DNA of 64,000 nucleotides, from the NCBI GenBank assembly GCA_031379365.1, contig JANNFB010000026.1, positions 173 to 64,172 of the forward strand. The letters run 5' to 3'. The translations under genes and the position numbers were made by a program. The notes beneath the pieces were generated by a model that saw only the letters and a program-made list of their open reading frames with translations, did not search any database and was not told the DNA's origin. Shown one piece after another: positions 7,682-18,500 of this stretch (its first letter is position 1; each line of letters opens with the position of its first letter). The DNA is from Burkholderiales bacterium. Its GTDB lineage: Bacteria; Pseudomonadota; Gammaproteobacteria; Burkholderiales; Burkholderiaceae_C.

Positions 7682-9114
7682 TGAACGCCCCGGTCCAACG
7701 TAAGCTGTGGCGGCATCGGCGGCCCGCGGCGCCGGTCGAAGGCCAGACGCGGCGAGAAGCCCTGCTTGCTGGCACGCGCCGACATCACGGCCAGCACGGG
7801 CACGTTGGCATCACTGTTGAACAAGTCCTGCGCGCTGCGAACGCGCCGATCGATCAACTCGAGCAGAAAGGCCACGCCGAGCCCAGCCAACACACCCAGC
7901 ATGGCACCTGCCGTGAGATTCTTCGGAATGTTGGGCCTGGAGTGCGTGAGCGGCTCGGTGGCAGGGCTCAGCACCCGCGCTTGCGCCTGCTCGGCCTGGC
8001 TCTCATTGGCCAGTTGCGTGCGGCGCTGGGCAACGGTGTCGAAAGCGCGCTGAGCCGTCTCGACCTCGCGCAACAACCCGCCAGCCTCGTCGCGCTGCGT
8101 GCGCAGGTTAAGCACAGTGCGTTTCTGGCTATCGACCATCGAGCGCAATTCGCCAACCCGCTGCGAAGCGATGCGATTGACCGTCGTCGTGGTGCCAGAG
8201 ACCCGGCGCATCTCTGACGCGACCTGCTGCTTCAACTCGGCAATTCGGGTGTCAACTTCTATTCGCAGCGGGTGATTGCTGCCGTAAGTTGCGCTCAGCT
8301 CGCTCTGGCGGGTTTCGGCTGTCGAGAGCGCTGCTTTCAAGCTCTGAACTGCCGCGCTCTGTTGCACGTCAACAGAGGTCTCGGTGCCAGCATTGCGTTG
8401 CCGGCTGGATGTGTCAGCAGAATCGGCCAGGGCCGTCGCCAACGCCCCTTCGAGCGCATTTAAGCGGGACATCTCCTGGTCCATCCGTTCACTGGTCACA
8501 ACGATGCCGCGCTTCTGCTGAAACACCGACAAGCGGGCCTGCGCCGATTCGAGATCGTCACGCAAGGACTTCATGCGTTCGTCGAAGAACGTGGCGTACT
8601 CGCGGGCCGGACCGACACGCAACTCGACGCTCAAGTCAATGTAAGCGCGCGCGAATGTATTCGCCACAGCCGCAGCGAACTTGGGGTCAGTCGCGGTGTA
8701 GGCCACTGTCATCAGCGCGCTGCCGCGGCCAGGCTCCACCACCATGCCCCGCTGCATCTGATTGCCAAAGTAGGTCTCGAGAGGGACGCGGCCCTCGGTG
8801 GCCTCGCGCCACTGAGCAACCGCAGCTGGGTTCTGCGCCAAGCCCAACATCTTGACCACGCGGCCCGAGACCCGATCGCTGCGGATGATCTCGACCTGCG
8901 TCGCAATGTAGGACGCAGAAGCCAGCGACGGCATCAGCGTGGCCAACAGAGGGTCAGACTTGATGTCGAGAAGAATCGATGTTTCAGCGCTGTACTGCTT
9001 GGGCATCTTCAGCGTCACCGCCACTGCGGCACCAAACACCAAGACCAGCACGCCGACGATGACCCACCAACGCAGCCGCAGGACAAGCAGGATCTGGTGA
9101 AGGTTCATGTTCAT
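7678..9114 (-). CDS. epsF: EpsF-type polysaccharide chain-length determinant (Wzz/PCP family)
   Basis: N-terminal TM plus Wzz motif ...LKMPKQYSAETSILLDIKSDPL..., a long coiled-coil centre and a C-terminal TM (LTAGAMLGVLAGLGVAFLLELI). Confidence 0.8.
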   Translation of the reverse strand: MNMNLHQILLVLRLRWWVIVGVLVLVFGAAVAVTLKMPKQYSAETSILLDIKSDPLLATLMPSLASASYIATQVEIIRSDRVSGRVVKMLGLAQNPAAVAQWREATEGRVPLETYFGNQMQRGMVVEPGRGSALMTVAYTATDPKFAAAVANTFARAYIDLSVELRVGPAREYATFFDERMKSLRDDLESAQARLSVFQQKRGIVVTSERMDQEMSRLNALEGALATALADSADTSSRQRNAGTETSVDVQQSAAVQSLKAALSTAETRQSELSATYGSNHPLRIEVDTRIAELKQQVASEMRRVSGTTTTVNRIASQRVGELRSMVDSQKRTVLNLRTQRDEAGGLLREVETAQRAFDTVAQRRTQLANESQAEQAQARVLSPATEPLTHSRPNIPKNLTAGAMLGVLAGLGVAFLLELIDRRVRSAQDLFNSDANVPVLAVMSARASKQGFSPRLAFDRRRGPPMPPQLTLDRGVQ

Positions 9115-9122
9115 GGCTATTC

Positions 9123-9971
9123 CTAGAACACTGACTCGCGAACGAACACCACGTCGTCAGGGCGAAGCGTGTCGGTCATCGCAGGCTCCACTTCACGCAA
9201 GGTGCCGCTGGCGTCCTTGCGGCTGACGCGCAGGCCTCGTGCAGTGCCGCGCTGCGTCAAGCCACCCGCACTGGCCAAGGCCTGCATGACTGTCATGTTG
9301 CGCTCCAAGCGCATCGCGCCTGGCCGCTGCACTTCGCCATACATGTAAATCTGCGGCGATCGCTCGACCCAGATCACATCGCCGTTCTGCAGCAGCACGT
9401 CGGCACTGCGACGGTTTGGACTGAATACGGTGGGCAAGTCAACTTCAGCCCGATACGCCTGGCCTCCCCGCGTGCCGACCACGACGATGATGTCACTGCC
9501 CCCCTGCGGCACGCCACCAGCTGTGGCCAACATGTCGGTCAAACGAACCTCGCCCGTCTCGAGCGGGTAGCGCCCTGGTCGACCGACCTGGCCCAACACT
9601 GACACCTGATTGCCTCGCGCCGTCACGACGGTGATTGACACCTGGGGTTGCTTGACGAAGTTGCCAGTGCGCAGGCCATTGGCAATGCGCTGCTCCGCCT
9701 CGGCCACGGTCAACCCCGCCAGATTCACGCTGCCCAGAAGCGGATAGGAGATGACCCCGGCTTCGGTGATGCGCGCTTCCAATGACAGGTCCGGGCTCTG
9801 GAACACAGTGATGCGAATGCTGTCCCCGAGCGCCAACCGGTACTGGGCCGCCGCAGCGGCAGCAGGTGGCGCAGCCTGCGCGAGAGCCGGCGATGGCACC
9901 AAGGCGCCCGCTGCCCAGAGCAAAGAGCTTGCGGCCACCACTGCACGCAGCATAGAAACGGTGGTTTTCAT
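9123..9971 (-). CDS. epsE: EpsE-type periplasmic polysaccharide export protein (Wza-like: Poly_export plus SLBB domains)
   Basis: Signal peptide, then YRLALGDSIRITVFQSPDLS...VISYPLLGSVNLAGLTVAEAEQRIANGL and ...NGDVIWVE. Confidence 0.8.
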   Translation of the reverse strand: MKTTVSMLRAVVAASSLLWAAGALVPSPALAQAAPPAAAAAAQYRLALGDSIRITVFQSPDLSLEARITEAGVISYPLLGSVNLAGLTVAEAEQRIANGLRTGNFVKQPQVSITVVTARGNQVSVLGQVGRPGRYPLETGEVRLTDMLATAGGVPQGGSDIIVVVGTRGGQAYRAEVDLPTVFSPNRRSADVLLQNGDVIWVERSPQIYMYGEVQRPGAMRLERNMTVMQALASAGGLTQRGTARGLRVSRKDASGTLREVEPAMTDTLRPDDVVFVRESVF

Positions 9972-11014
9972 TTCAGGCCCAATCCTTTGCTGACGGACGA
10001 TGCGTCTATGCCACTGGCCGGCTTCACAGCAGCATCCGCCGCATCGGCTGCGCTTGCCGCGCCCGTTGAGGCCTTGATGCCCAGACCGTCAGAGATCGAC
10101 TTGGTGTCCAGCGTGGCCGCCGCCGAGGCCGCAACTTCTGCCGGCGTCGGCGCCCGCTCGACCTCTGCCGCTGCAGGCGCCGAGGCCGCGTACTTGCCGG
10201 CGTAGGCAATCTTGGCCGAGCCGCGCAGTGCCTTCAGGTCGTCGGCGATGACCTTGCGCTTGCGCTCGTTGAGCAGAAACTGCTCGATGGCCTTGCTGGC
10301 GCGTTCTTCGTCGACCGCCTGCGCGCGAGAACCCGCGAGCATCACGACCTGGGCGCCCGTCGGGGTGACGTTCAGCATGGCCTGCCCATCCTTCATCTTG
10401 GCCAAGGCAGGCAGCGCAGCAAGAGGCAGTTGTTCTGCAGCGCGCACGGCCTGGTTCGCCGCGTACTTGAAGTTGTTGGCCTTCAGGTACTCCACGAACT
10501 CAGGCAGGTTCTTCGCGGCTTGGAGTTTGGCGCGCAACGCGTCGATCTGCCCAGGCGCGGCCTCGATCGCCAACTCCTGCAACTGATAGACCCGGCGCTC
10601 CTTGAACAGTGCCGGATTGACGTCGTAGTAGGCCTTGATCTCGGCCGGCGCCGGCTTCGTGGCCCCGTCCCCGATCTTCTCGACATAGGCACGGGCGATG
10701 ATCTCGCGGCGCGCTGCCTCAACGGCTTGCACCACCCGCGGCTCACGGTCGATTTTCAACTCGGCCGACTTCTGCACCGCCAGTTCCTGGTCGATCAATC
10801 GCTCGAGCGCACGGCGGCCGGCTTCTTCGGCCTGCTCCGGCTTGAGCCCACGTTGTTGTTGCAACACCGCGTTGATCTGGTGGACGGTGATCTCTTCCTT
10901 GTTCACCTTCGCGGCCGTCTGGGTGGCCGGTTTTTCCTTGTCTTTCTTGTCGCCGCAACCGGCCAACACGAAAGCCAGAGCAACGGTTGCCAAGAGCGCA
11001 ATGCGGATATTCAT
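9968..11014 (-). CDS. epsD: EpsD-family peptidyl-prolyl isomerase-like lipoprotein (EPS/exosortase locus associated)
   Basis: MNIRIALLATVALAFVLAGC lipobox. SurA/PpiC-like N-terminal region (VNKEEITVHQINAVLQQQ..., RALERLIDQELAVQKS). Ala-rich C-terminal tail. There is an ATGA overlap with epsE at 9968-9971. Confidence 0.7.
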   Translation of the reverse strand: MNIRIALLATVALAFVLAGCGDKKDKEKPATQTAAKVNKEEITVHQINAVLQQQRGLKPEQAEEAGRRALERLIDQELAVQKSAELKIDREPRVVQAVEAARREIIARAYVEKIGDGATKPAPAEIKAYYDVNPALFKERRVYQLQELAIEAAPGQIDALRAKLQAAKNLPEFVEYLKANNFKYAANQAVRAAEQLPLAALPALAKMKDGQAMLNVTPTGAQVVMLAGSRAQAVDEERASKAIEQFLLNERKRKVIADDLKALRGSAKIAYAGKYAASAPAAAEVERAPTPAEVAASAAATLDTKSISDGLGIKASTGAASAADAADAAVKPASGIDASSVSKGLGLK

Positions 11015-11222
11015 TTCTGAGGATCTCCTGCCCACAAGGACACTTTCGCGAGTGTAACGACTGCAGTTGAAGCGTCTTCACCCCTGCACACGGGAGTCAC
11101 CCCGCGCCATCGACGCAACGCGTGAAATCCGCACGCGGCCGGGCACCACGCGGCGCACGGAGTCTGAAGGTTGACCGAAAAACGTCTGTGCGGTTCCGCA
11201 CAAACCCCCATCCAAGGGGCGC

Positions 11223-11963
11223 TCAGCAGCGCACGCCCACGTGCAGCGCCACCACGCCGCCAGCAAGGTTATGCACATCGACGTGACCAAAGCCGGCGGA
11301 CTTCATCATCGTCTTGAGTGTCGCCTGGTCGGGGTGCATGCGGATCGATTCGGCGAGGTAGCGGTAGCTGTCACCGTCACCGGCCACCCACTGCCCGAGC
11401 TTGGGCAGGACGTTGAAGGAATACCAGTCGTAGGCCTTGGCCAGCGGCGCGGCGACCTTGGAGAACTCCAGCACCAGCAGTCGCCCGCCCGGGCGCAGCA
11501 CACGGGCCATTTCAGCCAGGGCCCGATCCTTGTGCGTCATGTTGCGCAGGCCGAAGGCCACGCTGACCAGGTCGAAGGCGGCGTCGGGCAGGGGCAATTG
11601 CTCGGCGTCGCAAATCAGCGTCGGCAGCACCAGGCCCTCGTCGAGCAGCCGGTTGCGGCCCTCGCGCAGCATGGCTTCATTGATGTCGGTGTGCAACACC
11701 AGGCCGCTGGCGCCCACTTGGCGCGCGAAGGCGCGGGCGAGATCTCCGGTCCCGGCGGCCAGGTCGAGCACTTTGTCCCCCGGGCGCAGGTTGGCGACAG
11801 CGACGGTGTAGGCCTTCCAGGCCCGGTGCAGGCCCAGCGACATCAAGTCATTCATGACGTCGTACTTCGAGGCCACCGCGTCGAACACGCCGCGCACGCG
11901 CAGCGCCTTTTCGGCTTCGGCCACCGTTTCAAAGCCGAAATGGGTCTTGGCTTCGCTGTTCAT
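11223..11963 (-). CDS. ubiE: Ubiquinone/menaquinone biosynthesis C-methyltransferase UbiE
   Basis: [14 protein letters not shown]...[28 protein letters not shown]...[12 protein letters not shown]...[14 protein letters not shown] chose the start at the internal ATG of the 275-aa track ORF. Confidence 0.9.
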   Translation of the reverse strand: MNSEAKTHFGFETVAEAEKALRVRGVFDAVASKYDVMNDLMSLGLHRAWKAYTVAVANLRPGDKVLDLAAGTGDLARAFARQVGASGLVLHTDINEAMLREGRNRLLDEGLVLPTLICDAEQLPLPDAAFDLVSVAFGLRNMTHKDRALAEMARVLRPGGRLLVLEFSKVAAPLAKAYDWYSFNVLPKLGQWVAGDGDSYRYLAESIRMHPDQATLKTMMKSAGFGHVDVHNLAGGVVALHVGVRC

Positions 11964-11964
11964 G

Positions 11965-12369
11965 TCAGTGCGAATGCCCGCAACTGCCGCCAGCGGCCAC
12001 CACCATCGGTGCGTCGCGGGACATGCCGGCGGTGGTGAGGCGCACTTCATAGTCGCGCCACAACTTCTCTTGTTGCGAGCCGAGGAAATAGAGGTAGTCC
12101 CAGGAAAAAATGCCGGTGCTGTGGCCGTCGCTGAAGGTCGGCTGCACGGCGTAGTGGCCCACCGATTCCAGGCCGTCGATGCCGACCTCGCGCTTGCCGG
12201 TCTGCAGCACTTCCTGGCCGGGGCCGTGGCCTTGCACCTCGGCCGAAGGCGAATACACCCGCATCAACTCGAAGGGGATGCGAAAGCTAGCGCCGTCATC
12301 GAAACCAACCTCGAGCAGCTTCGATTGCTGGTGCACCGTGAGTGCCGTGGGACGCGGTTTTTCAGCCAT
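11965..12369 (-). CDS. DUF971 family protein (gamma-butyrobetaine hydroxylase-like N-terminal domain)
   Basis: [45 protein letters not shown]...[28 protein letters not shown]. It lies directly upstream of ubiE, a common arrangement. Confidence 0.75.
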   Translation of the reverse strand: MAEKPRPTALTVHQQSKLLEVGFDDGASFRIPFELMRVYSPSAEVQGHGPGQEVLQTGKREVGIDGLESVGHYAVQPTFSDGHSTGIFSWDYLYFLGSQQEKLWRDYEVRLTTAGMSRDAPMVVAAGGSCGHSH

Positions 12370-12517
12370 GCGGCAGTGTAGCGGCAGGGGATGGGCGACT
12401 TCCGTCACGCAGATTGCTGCGCGACCTGCCACGCGGGCCCACAGAATCGCAACGACAACGGCTTGCCACATCGCGGCGAGCCGACCGTGCGTCTGCCGCG
12501 TTGAACCGGAGCCCCCT

Positions 12518-14650
12518 GTGACCTTTCTCCACAGCCTGCTGAACGCCCTTGGCACTTTCGTGCCGAGTGCGTTGCTGCTGTGGTTGGCCAGTTCATTGGC
12601 CTTGCAAGCGCGGCGCGATCAGGTGGCATGGGACCGTCGCCTGCGGGCCATCGCCATCGGCGTGGCCGCGATCGGGATCTGGTGGCCGCTGGAGCAATCG
12701 GCGGCCACGGCGGCCATCGGTGGCGCCAGTGGGCTGCTGTGGCAGCTGGGCCTGGTTGGCCTGGCGATCGCCTTGCCAGTCGCGGCCGGGTTGGCGGCCA
12801 CGGGAGACGACCCGTGGAGAAGCAGCCGACGCGTCGGCGCCGCAGCAGGCACCCTGCTGCTGGCGGTACTCTGCATCACCGCCGTCTCGAGCGGGCCGGG
12901 CGAAGGCGCCGCGAGTGTGTTGCTGCGCAGCGCCATGGGGGCCGCCCTCCTGGCCGCTGCGCTGGTGTACCTGGCAGTCCCGAACCTGACGCTGCGCCAT
13001 GCCGTTCCATTGAAACTCGCGGCCGTGGTCGCGGCCAGCGCCGCGCTCAGCTTCGCCCCGGTTCCGCTGCGCACCGTCGCCGGCAGCTGGGCGCACCCGG
13101 CTTTGCTGCCCGTTCTGGCGCTCTTGCTGATGGCCGTGGGCCTGCTGGGCCTGGTGCGCGAACGCCAGCCGGCGGCTCGCGTCAGCGCCCGGCTGCCCGC
13201 CACGCCAGCAGAGCCGCTCGAAGACGCGCTGACCCGCCTGCCGACGCGCACCCACTTCGAAGCGCAGCTCGCCGCCATGGTGGTGCGTTGCGACACCAGC
13301 CAGACCAAGCTCGCCCTCTTGTTCATCGACCTGGACGGCTTCAAGCCCGTCAATGACACCTTCGGCCACAGTGCGGGCGACCGCGTGCTGCAGAGCGTGG
13401 GCAAGCGCCTGAAGGAGTGCGCCCAGAGCGGCGACGTCGTGTCCCGCGTGGGAGGCGACGAGTTCCTGGTGCTGATTGCCGACGCCGGCTCGCAGGAGGG
13501 GGTGGCCAAACGCGCCCAAGCCATCGTGGACGCACTGTCGCAGCCCTTTGAGCTCGAGGACCGCCAGGTCGGCATCGGCTGCTCGATCGGCATTGCCTTC
13601 TACCCTGACAACGGCCAGCACGCGAAGATCGTGTCGCGCGCCGACGCGGCCATGTACGCGGCCAAGCGGGCCGGTGGCGCCGGCTTCTGCTTCTTCGTTC
13701 CGGCCATGGAAGACGATGCGCGCGAGCGCTTCGACTTGCTGCGCGACCTGCGCCTCGCGCTGGAGAACAACGAACTCGAGCTCTACTACCAGCCCAAGAT
13801 CGATGCGACGTCAGGCAAGGTGACCGCCGCCGAAGCCCTGCTGCGCTGGCAGCACCCGACCCGCGGCATGGTGCCGCCGGGGGTTTTCATCCCCATCGCC
13901 GAGCGTTTCGGTCTTATCCGCAGCATCGGGCAATGGGTGATCGAAGACGCCTGCAGGCAGGCGCGGGTGTGGCTCGACAAGGGGCTGAAGATGCGCGTGG
14001 CCATCAACTTGTCAGCCGTGCAGATGCGCCAGGAGGACATCGTCGCGCGCATCGAAGGCGCGCTGGCGCGTCACCATGTCGACCCGTCCTTGCTGACATG
14101 CGAAATCACCGAATCCGTGGCCATGGAAGACACCAAGTCGACGCAGGCCACCTTCCGCGAACTCGGCGCCGCCGGCATCCACTTGTCGATCGACGACTTC
14201 GGCACCGGCTACTCGAGCCTGGCCTACCTGCGCAAGCTGCCGGCCGAAGAGCTCAAGATCGACCGCAGCTTCGTCATGGACGTGGAATTCAGCGCCGACG
14301 CCCGGGCGGTGGTGGATGCTGTCGTCAAGCTGGCCCATGCACTGAGCCTGAGGGTGGTCGCTGAAGGCGTCGAGAACGAACGCCAGCAACGCATTCTGGT
14401 GCAGCTCGGCTGCGACGAGTTGCAGGGCTTCCTGTTCGCCCGACCCATGACAGCGCGCGCTCTGTTGCTCTGGGCGATGGACGACCGCAAGGAAGAGGCG
14501 CAGCACTTTGCCACGTCCTTGTTTGCCAGTACCCGCGGCGGCCTGGACACCTTCCAGCCAACAGACGTGGACCCCAACGCACGCGCCTTCGCCGATACCG
14601 CCAAGTCACCCCTGGTGCCGGAGTTTCAGCCGACGCAGGTGGTGCACTGA
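12518..14650 (+). CDS. Membrane-anchored diguanylate cyclase/phosphodiesterase (GGDEF plus EAL)
   Basis: N-terminal region of about 290 aa with multiple hydrophobic segments. GGDEF domain (RVGGDEFLVL). EAL domain (AEALLRWQHP, DDFGTGYSSLAYL, EGVE). Proposed GTG start at 12518, preceded by GGAG at 12508-12511. The track ORF start at 12179 overlaps the DUF971 gene on the other strand. Confidence 0.85.
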   Translation: MTFLHSLLNALGTFVPSALLLWLASSLALQARRDQVAWDRRLRAIAIGVAAIGIWWPLEQSAATAAIGGASGLLWQLGLVGLAIALPVAAGLAATGDDPWRSSRRVGAAAGTLLLAVLCITAVSSGPGEGAASVLLRSAMGAALLAAALVYLAVPNLTLRHAVPLKLAAVVAASAALSFAPVPLRTVAGSWAHPALLPVLALLLMAVGLLGLVRERQPAARVSARLPATPAEPLEDALTRLPTRTHFEAQLAAMVVRCDTSQTKLALLFIDLDGFKPVNDTFGHSAGDRVLQSVGKRLKECAQSGDVVSRVGGDEFLVLIADAGSQEGVAKRAQAIVDALSQPFELEDRQVGIGCSIGIAFYPDNGQHAKIVSRADAAMYAAKRAGGAGFCFFVPAMEDDARERFDLLRDLRLALENNELELYYQPKIDATSGKVTAAEALLRWQHPTRGMVPPGVFIPIAERFGLIRSIGQWVIEDACRQARVWLDKGLKMRVAINLSAVQMRQEDIVARIEGALARHHVDPSLLTCEITESVAMEDTKSTQATFRELGAAGIHLSIDDFGTGYSSLAYLRKLPAEELKIDRSFVMDVEFSADARAVVDAVVKLAHALSLRVVAEGVENERQQRILVQLGCDELQGFLFARPMTARALLLWAMDDRKEEAQHFATSLFASTRGGLDTFQPTDVDPNARAFADTAKSPLVPEFQPTQVVH

Positions 14651-14688
14651 GGGGCGAAGGCAGATTGACGGCGGCCGCAGGCCCGAGC

Positions 14689-15375
14689 CTACTGGGACGC
14701 CACCAGCCCACTCAGCCGCGCACGATCGCCGGGTGAGACTGCGGCCAGCAGTTCATTGGCGAATCTGTCGTGTGCGCCGTATGCCCGGTCTGAGTTATCG
14801 TCGATCGAGGACACGCGAAACAGCAGGCCGTAAGGCACTTGCCCGGTCAGTCCAAGCCGAATCTCAGCCATCCGATGCTCGAAGCGCGTGCTGACAGCCC
14901 GGTCGCCCACCGCAAACCAATAGGTCACCGGTTCAATGCGGGAACCCAACTGCGTGCCCAGGCGCCGACCTGGAACCTTCCCGAACGCGGTCTCAATGTC
15001 GTCAGCGAAATTCTTTGTCAACGTGAAGCCCTGCGCCGGGTAGCAAACCTCAGGCTTGTGCGCCTGCAAGCCACCACGCTGATCGTCGCCATAAGCCAAA
15101 GACAGCATGATGCGGTAACCCTGCGCATCGACGTAGGTGCGGGTCAGCACTTGGCTGTAGAGAGTGTCCAGAAACTGCTGTGTCTGCGGGTTGACGACGG
15201 CAACGACGCGCGACTCCTCTTCGCGCCATTGGCCAAACTGCTTTGGTATGGAAGAGTCGAGTTGAATCTTTGGCACCCGATCCGCGTTAGCAAGAGACGG
15301 CGTGGCCAAGTACGCAACGGCAGATGCAGTGCACATGACCGCGGCCAGTGCAATTGCCACCTTTATCGAAGCCAT
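14689..15375 (-). CDS. epsI: EpsI family protein (exosortase-associated)
   Basis: N-terminal anchor MASIKVAIALAAVMCTASAVAYL, then ...IPKQFGQW...LAYGDDQRGGLQAHKPEVCYPAQGFTL...VTYWFAVGD... An AGGAGG lies 7 nt upstream of the ATG. Confidence 0.75.
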   Translation of the reverse strand: MASIKVAIALAAVMCTASAVAYLATPSLANADRVPKIQLDSSIPKQFGQWREEESRVVAVVNPQTQQFLDTLYSQVLTRTYVDAQGYRIMLSLAYGDDQRGGLQAHKPEVCYPAQGFTLTKNFADDIETAFGKVPGRRLGTQLGSRIEPVTYWFAVGDRAVSTRFEHRMAEIRLGLTGQVPYGLLFRVSSIDDNSDRAYGAHDRFANELLAAVSPGDRARLSGLVASQ

Positions 15376-15502
15376 CTGAAACCCTCCTGGATCTTGGATC
15401 TGGATTGTGCATTCTGCCGCTCCCCGTGGCAGAAACGCCGATCCGCCAGAGTGGACAGACGCCGCATGGATCCATCGATCATCGCAAGTAAGTCACGATC
15501 GC

Positions 15503-18500
15503 CTAGACCAACACCCGCTCGATGCCCCCCGCATTGGCACGCGCCACGTACTCGGCCAGCCAGTTCTCACCGAGCAGCTTTCTCGCCATCTCGACCACGA
15601 TGTAGTCGGCCTCGAGCAGACCGTTCTGCAGGTCGCCCTCAAACCGCTTGAGGCCCTGCAGGCAACTCGGGCAGGAGGTCAGGATCTTGATGTTCTCGGC
15701 GGGGCCGAGGCTCGCGGCCACCCGCAATGCGGCCTCGCCCTGCCTCAGTTCCTCTTCCTTGCGGAAGCGCACCTGGGTCGAGATGTCGGGGCGGGTGACG
15801 CCGAGCGTGCCGCTCTCGCCGCAGCAGCGCTCGTTCTTCAGCACGTTGTTGCCGACGAGGGCCTTGACCGTCTTCATCGGCTCCTGCAGCTTCATCGGAC
15901 TATGGCAGGGGTCGTGGTACAGGTAGGCCGCCTGGTCCTGCAGCACGATGCCCTTCTCGAGCAGGTACTCATGGATGTCGATGATGCGGCAGCCAGGGAA
16001 GATGTCTTCGAAGCGGTAGCCCTGCAGCTGGTCGTAGCAGGTGCCGCAACTCACCACCACGGTCTTGATGTCGAGGTAGTTCAGGGTGTTGGCGACGCGG
16101 TGGAACAGCACCCGGTTGTCGGTGATGATCTTGTCGGCCTTGTCGAACTGGCCGCTGCCGCGCTGCGGGTAACCACAGCACAGATAACCAGGCGGCAACA
16201 CCGTCTGCACGCCGGCGTGCCAGAGCATGGCCTGTGTGGCCAACCCCACCTGGGAGAACAGGCGCTCTGAGCCGCAGCCGGGGAAATAGAACACCGCTTC
16301 GGTGTCGGCCGTGGTGGCCGCCGGGTTGCGGATGATGGGCACGTAGTCGGCATCTTCGATGTCGAGCAGGGCTCGCGCGGTCTTCTTGGGCAGGCCGCCC
16401 GGCATCTTCTTGTTGATGAAGTGGATGACCTGTTCTTTGACCGGTGCGCGGCCGACCGTGGCCGGCGGCGCCCGGGTCTGCGCCCGCGCGGCCAGTGCGA
16501 GCATCTTGTTGGCGAAGCGCTGCACCTTGAAGCCGACATCGACCATCGCCATGCGCATCAGCTTGATGGTCTGCGGGTTGGTGGCATTGAGGAATAGCAT
16601 CGCCGCGGCATTGCCCGGGCGGAAACTCTTCTGCCCCATCTTGCGCAACAGGTTGCGCATGTTCATCGAGACATCGCCGAAGTCGATCTTCACCGGGCAG
16701 GGGCTCAGGCACTTGTGGCAGACGGTGCAGTGGTCGGCCACGTCCTCGAACTCTTCCCAGTGACGTATCGACACGCCGCGCCGGGTCTGCTCTTCGTACA
16801 GAAAGGCTTCGATCAGCAACGACGTGGCCAGGATCTTGTTGCGCGGGCTGTATAGCAGGTTGGCGCGCGGCACGTGCGTGGCGCAGACCGGCTTGCACTT
16901 GCCGCAGCGCAGACAGTCCTTGATGCTGTCGCTGATGGCGCCGATGTCGCTCTGCTGCATGATGAGCGACTCGTGGCCCATCAGGCCGAAGCTGGGGGTG
17001 TAGGCGTGGCTGAGGTCGGCCGCGTGGGCCATGGACGACAGGCCCCCTGCCCCGTCGCCGCCTTCACCGACCTCGTAGCGCAGCAGCTTGCCCTTGTTGA
17101 AGCGGCCCTCGGGGTCGATGCGCTGCTTGTAGGCGGCAAAGTCTTTCAGCTCGTAGGTGGTGAGGAACTCCAGCTTGGTGATGCCAATGCCGTGCTCGCC
17201 CGAGATCACGCCGCCCAGGCTGCGCGCCAGCGCCATGATGCGCACGACGGCGGCGTGCGCCGACTGCAGCATGGCGTAGTTGTCGCTGTTGACGGGCAGA
17301 TTGGTGTGCACATTGCCGTCGCCGGCATGCATGTGCAGGGCGGCCCAGACGCGGCCGCGCAGCACTTCCTTGTGGATGCGGCGGCACTCGTCGAGCAGCG
17401 CCGTGAAGGCGGCGCCGGCAAAGAGTTGCTGCAGCGGCTTGAGCACCTGGGTCTTCCATGAGGCGCGCAGCCGGGTGTCTTGCAGCAGCGCGAAGAAGCT
17501 CGCGCCGGCATGATCGGCCTGCGCCGCGTCCAGCCCGGCCAGCCAGCCGGACCACAGCGTGCGCACGTCGGCCAAGAGCGCCAGCGCCTGCTGCACGCGG
17601 TCTTCGAGCAACTCTGCGCTCGGGATCTCGCCGGCGTCGTCGCCCTTGCCCAACGGCAGTGCGCTGCGGGCGAAGAAGTGCTCCAGCGCGTCGATCAACT
17701 CGAGCTTGTTGCGCAGGCTGAGTTCGATGTTGATGCGCTCGATGCCGTCGGTGTACTCGCCCATGCGCTCGAGCGGGATGACGACGTCTTCATTGATCTT
17801 GAAGGCGTTGGTGTGCTTGGCGATGGCCGCCGTGCGCTTGCGGTCGAGCCAGAACTTCTTGCGCGCGTCGGCGCTCACCGCCACGAAGCCCTCGCCGTGG
17901 CGGGAGTTGGCGATGCGCACGACTTCGCTGGTGGCGCGCGCCACAGCATTCTCGTCATCGCCGACGATGTCACCCACCAGCACCATTTTCGGCAGGCCGC
18001 TGCCCTGCAAGCTGCGCTTGCTCTTGGTGGCGTAGCCCACGGCTTTCAGGTAGCGATCATCGAGGTGCTCCAGGCCCGCCAGCTTCACATCGGGCTGCGC
18101 GAACAAATAGTCCTTGATCTCGACGATCGACGGCACGGCGTCCTTGGCGTTGCCGAAGAACTCCATGCACACCGTGCGCACATGCTTGGGCATGCGGTGC
18201 ACGATCCAGCGCGCACTGGTGATCAGGCCATCGCAGCCTTCCTTCTGGATGCCCGGCAAGCCGGCGAGGAACTTGTCGGTGACGTCCTTGCCCAGCCCTT
18301 CCTTGCGGAAACTGCGGCCGGGAATGTCCAGGTGCTCGGTGCGCTCGAGCTTCTTGCCGCTGGCGTCGAAGTACTTCAGCTCGAAGCTGGCCACCTCCAC
18401 GTCGTGGATCTTGCCCAGGTTGTGGTTCAGCCGCGTGACCTCGAGCCACTTGGCCTCGGGCGTGACCATGCGCCAGCTGGCCAGGTTGTCCAGCGCGGTG

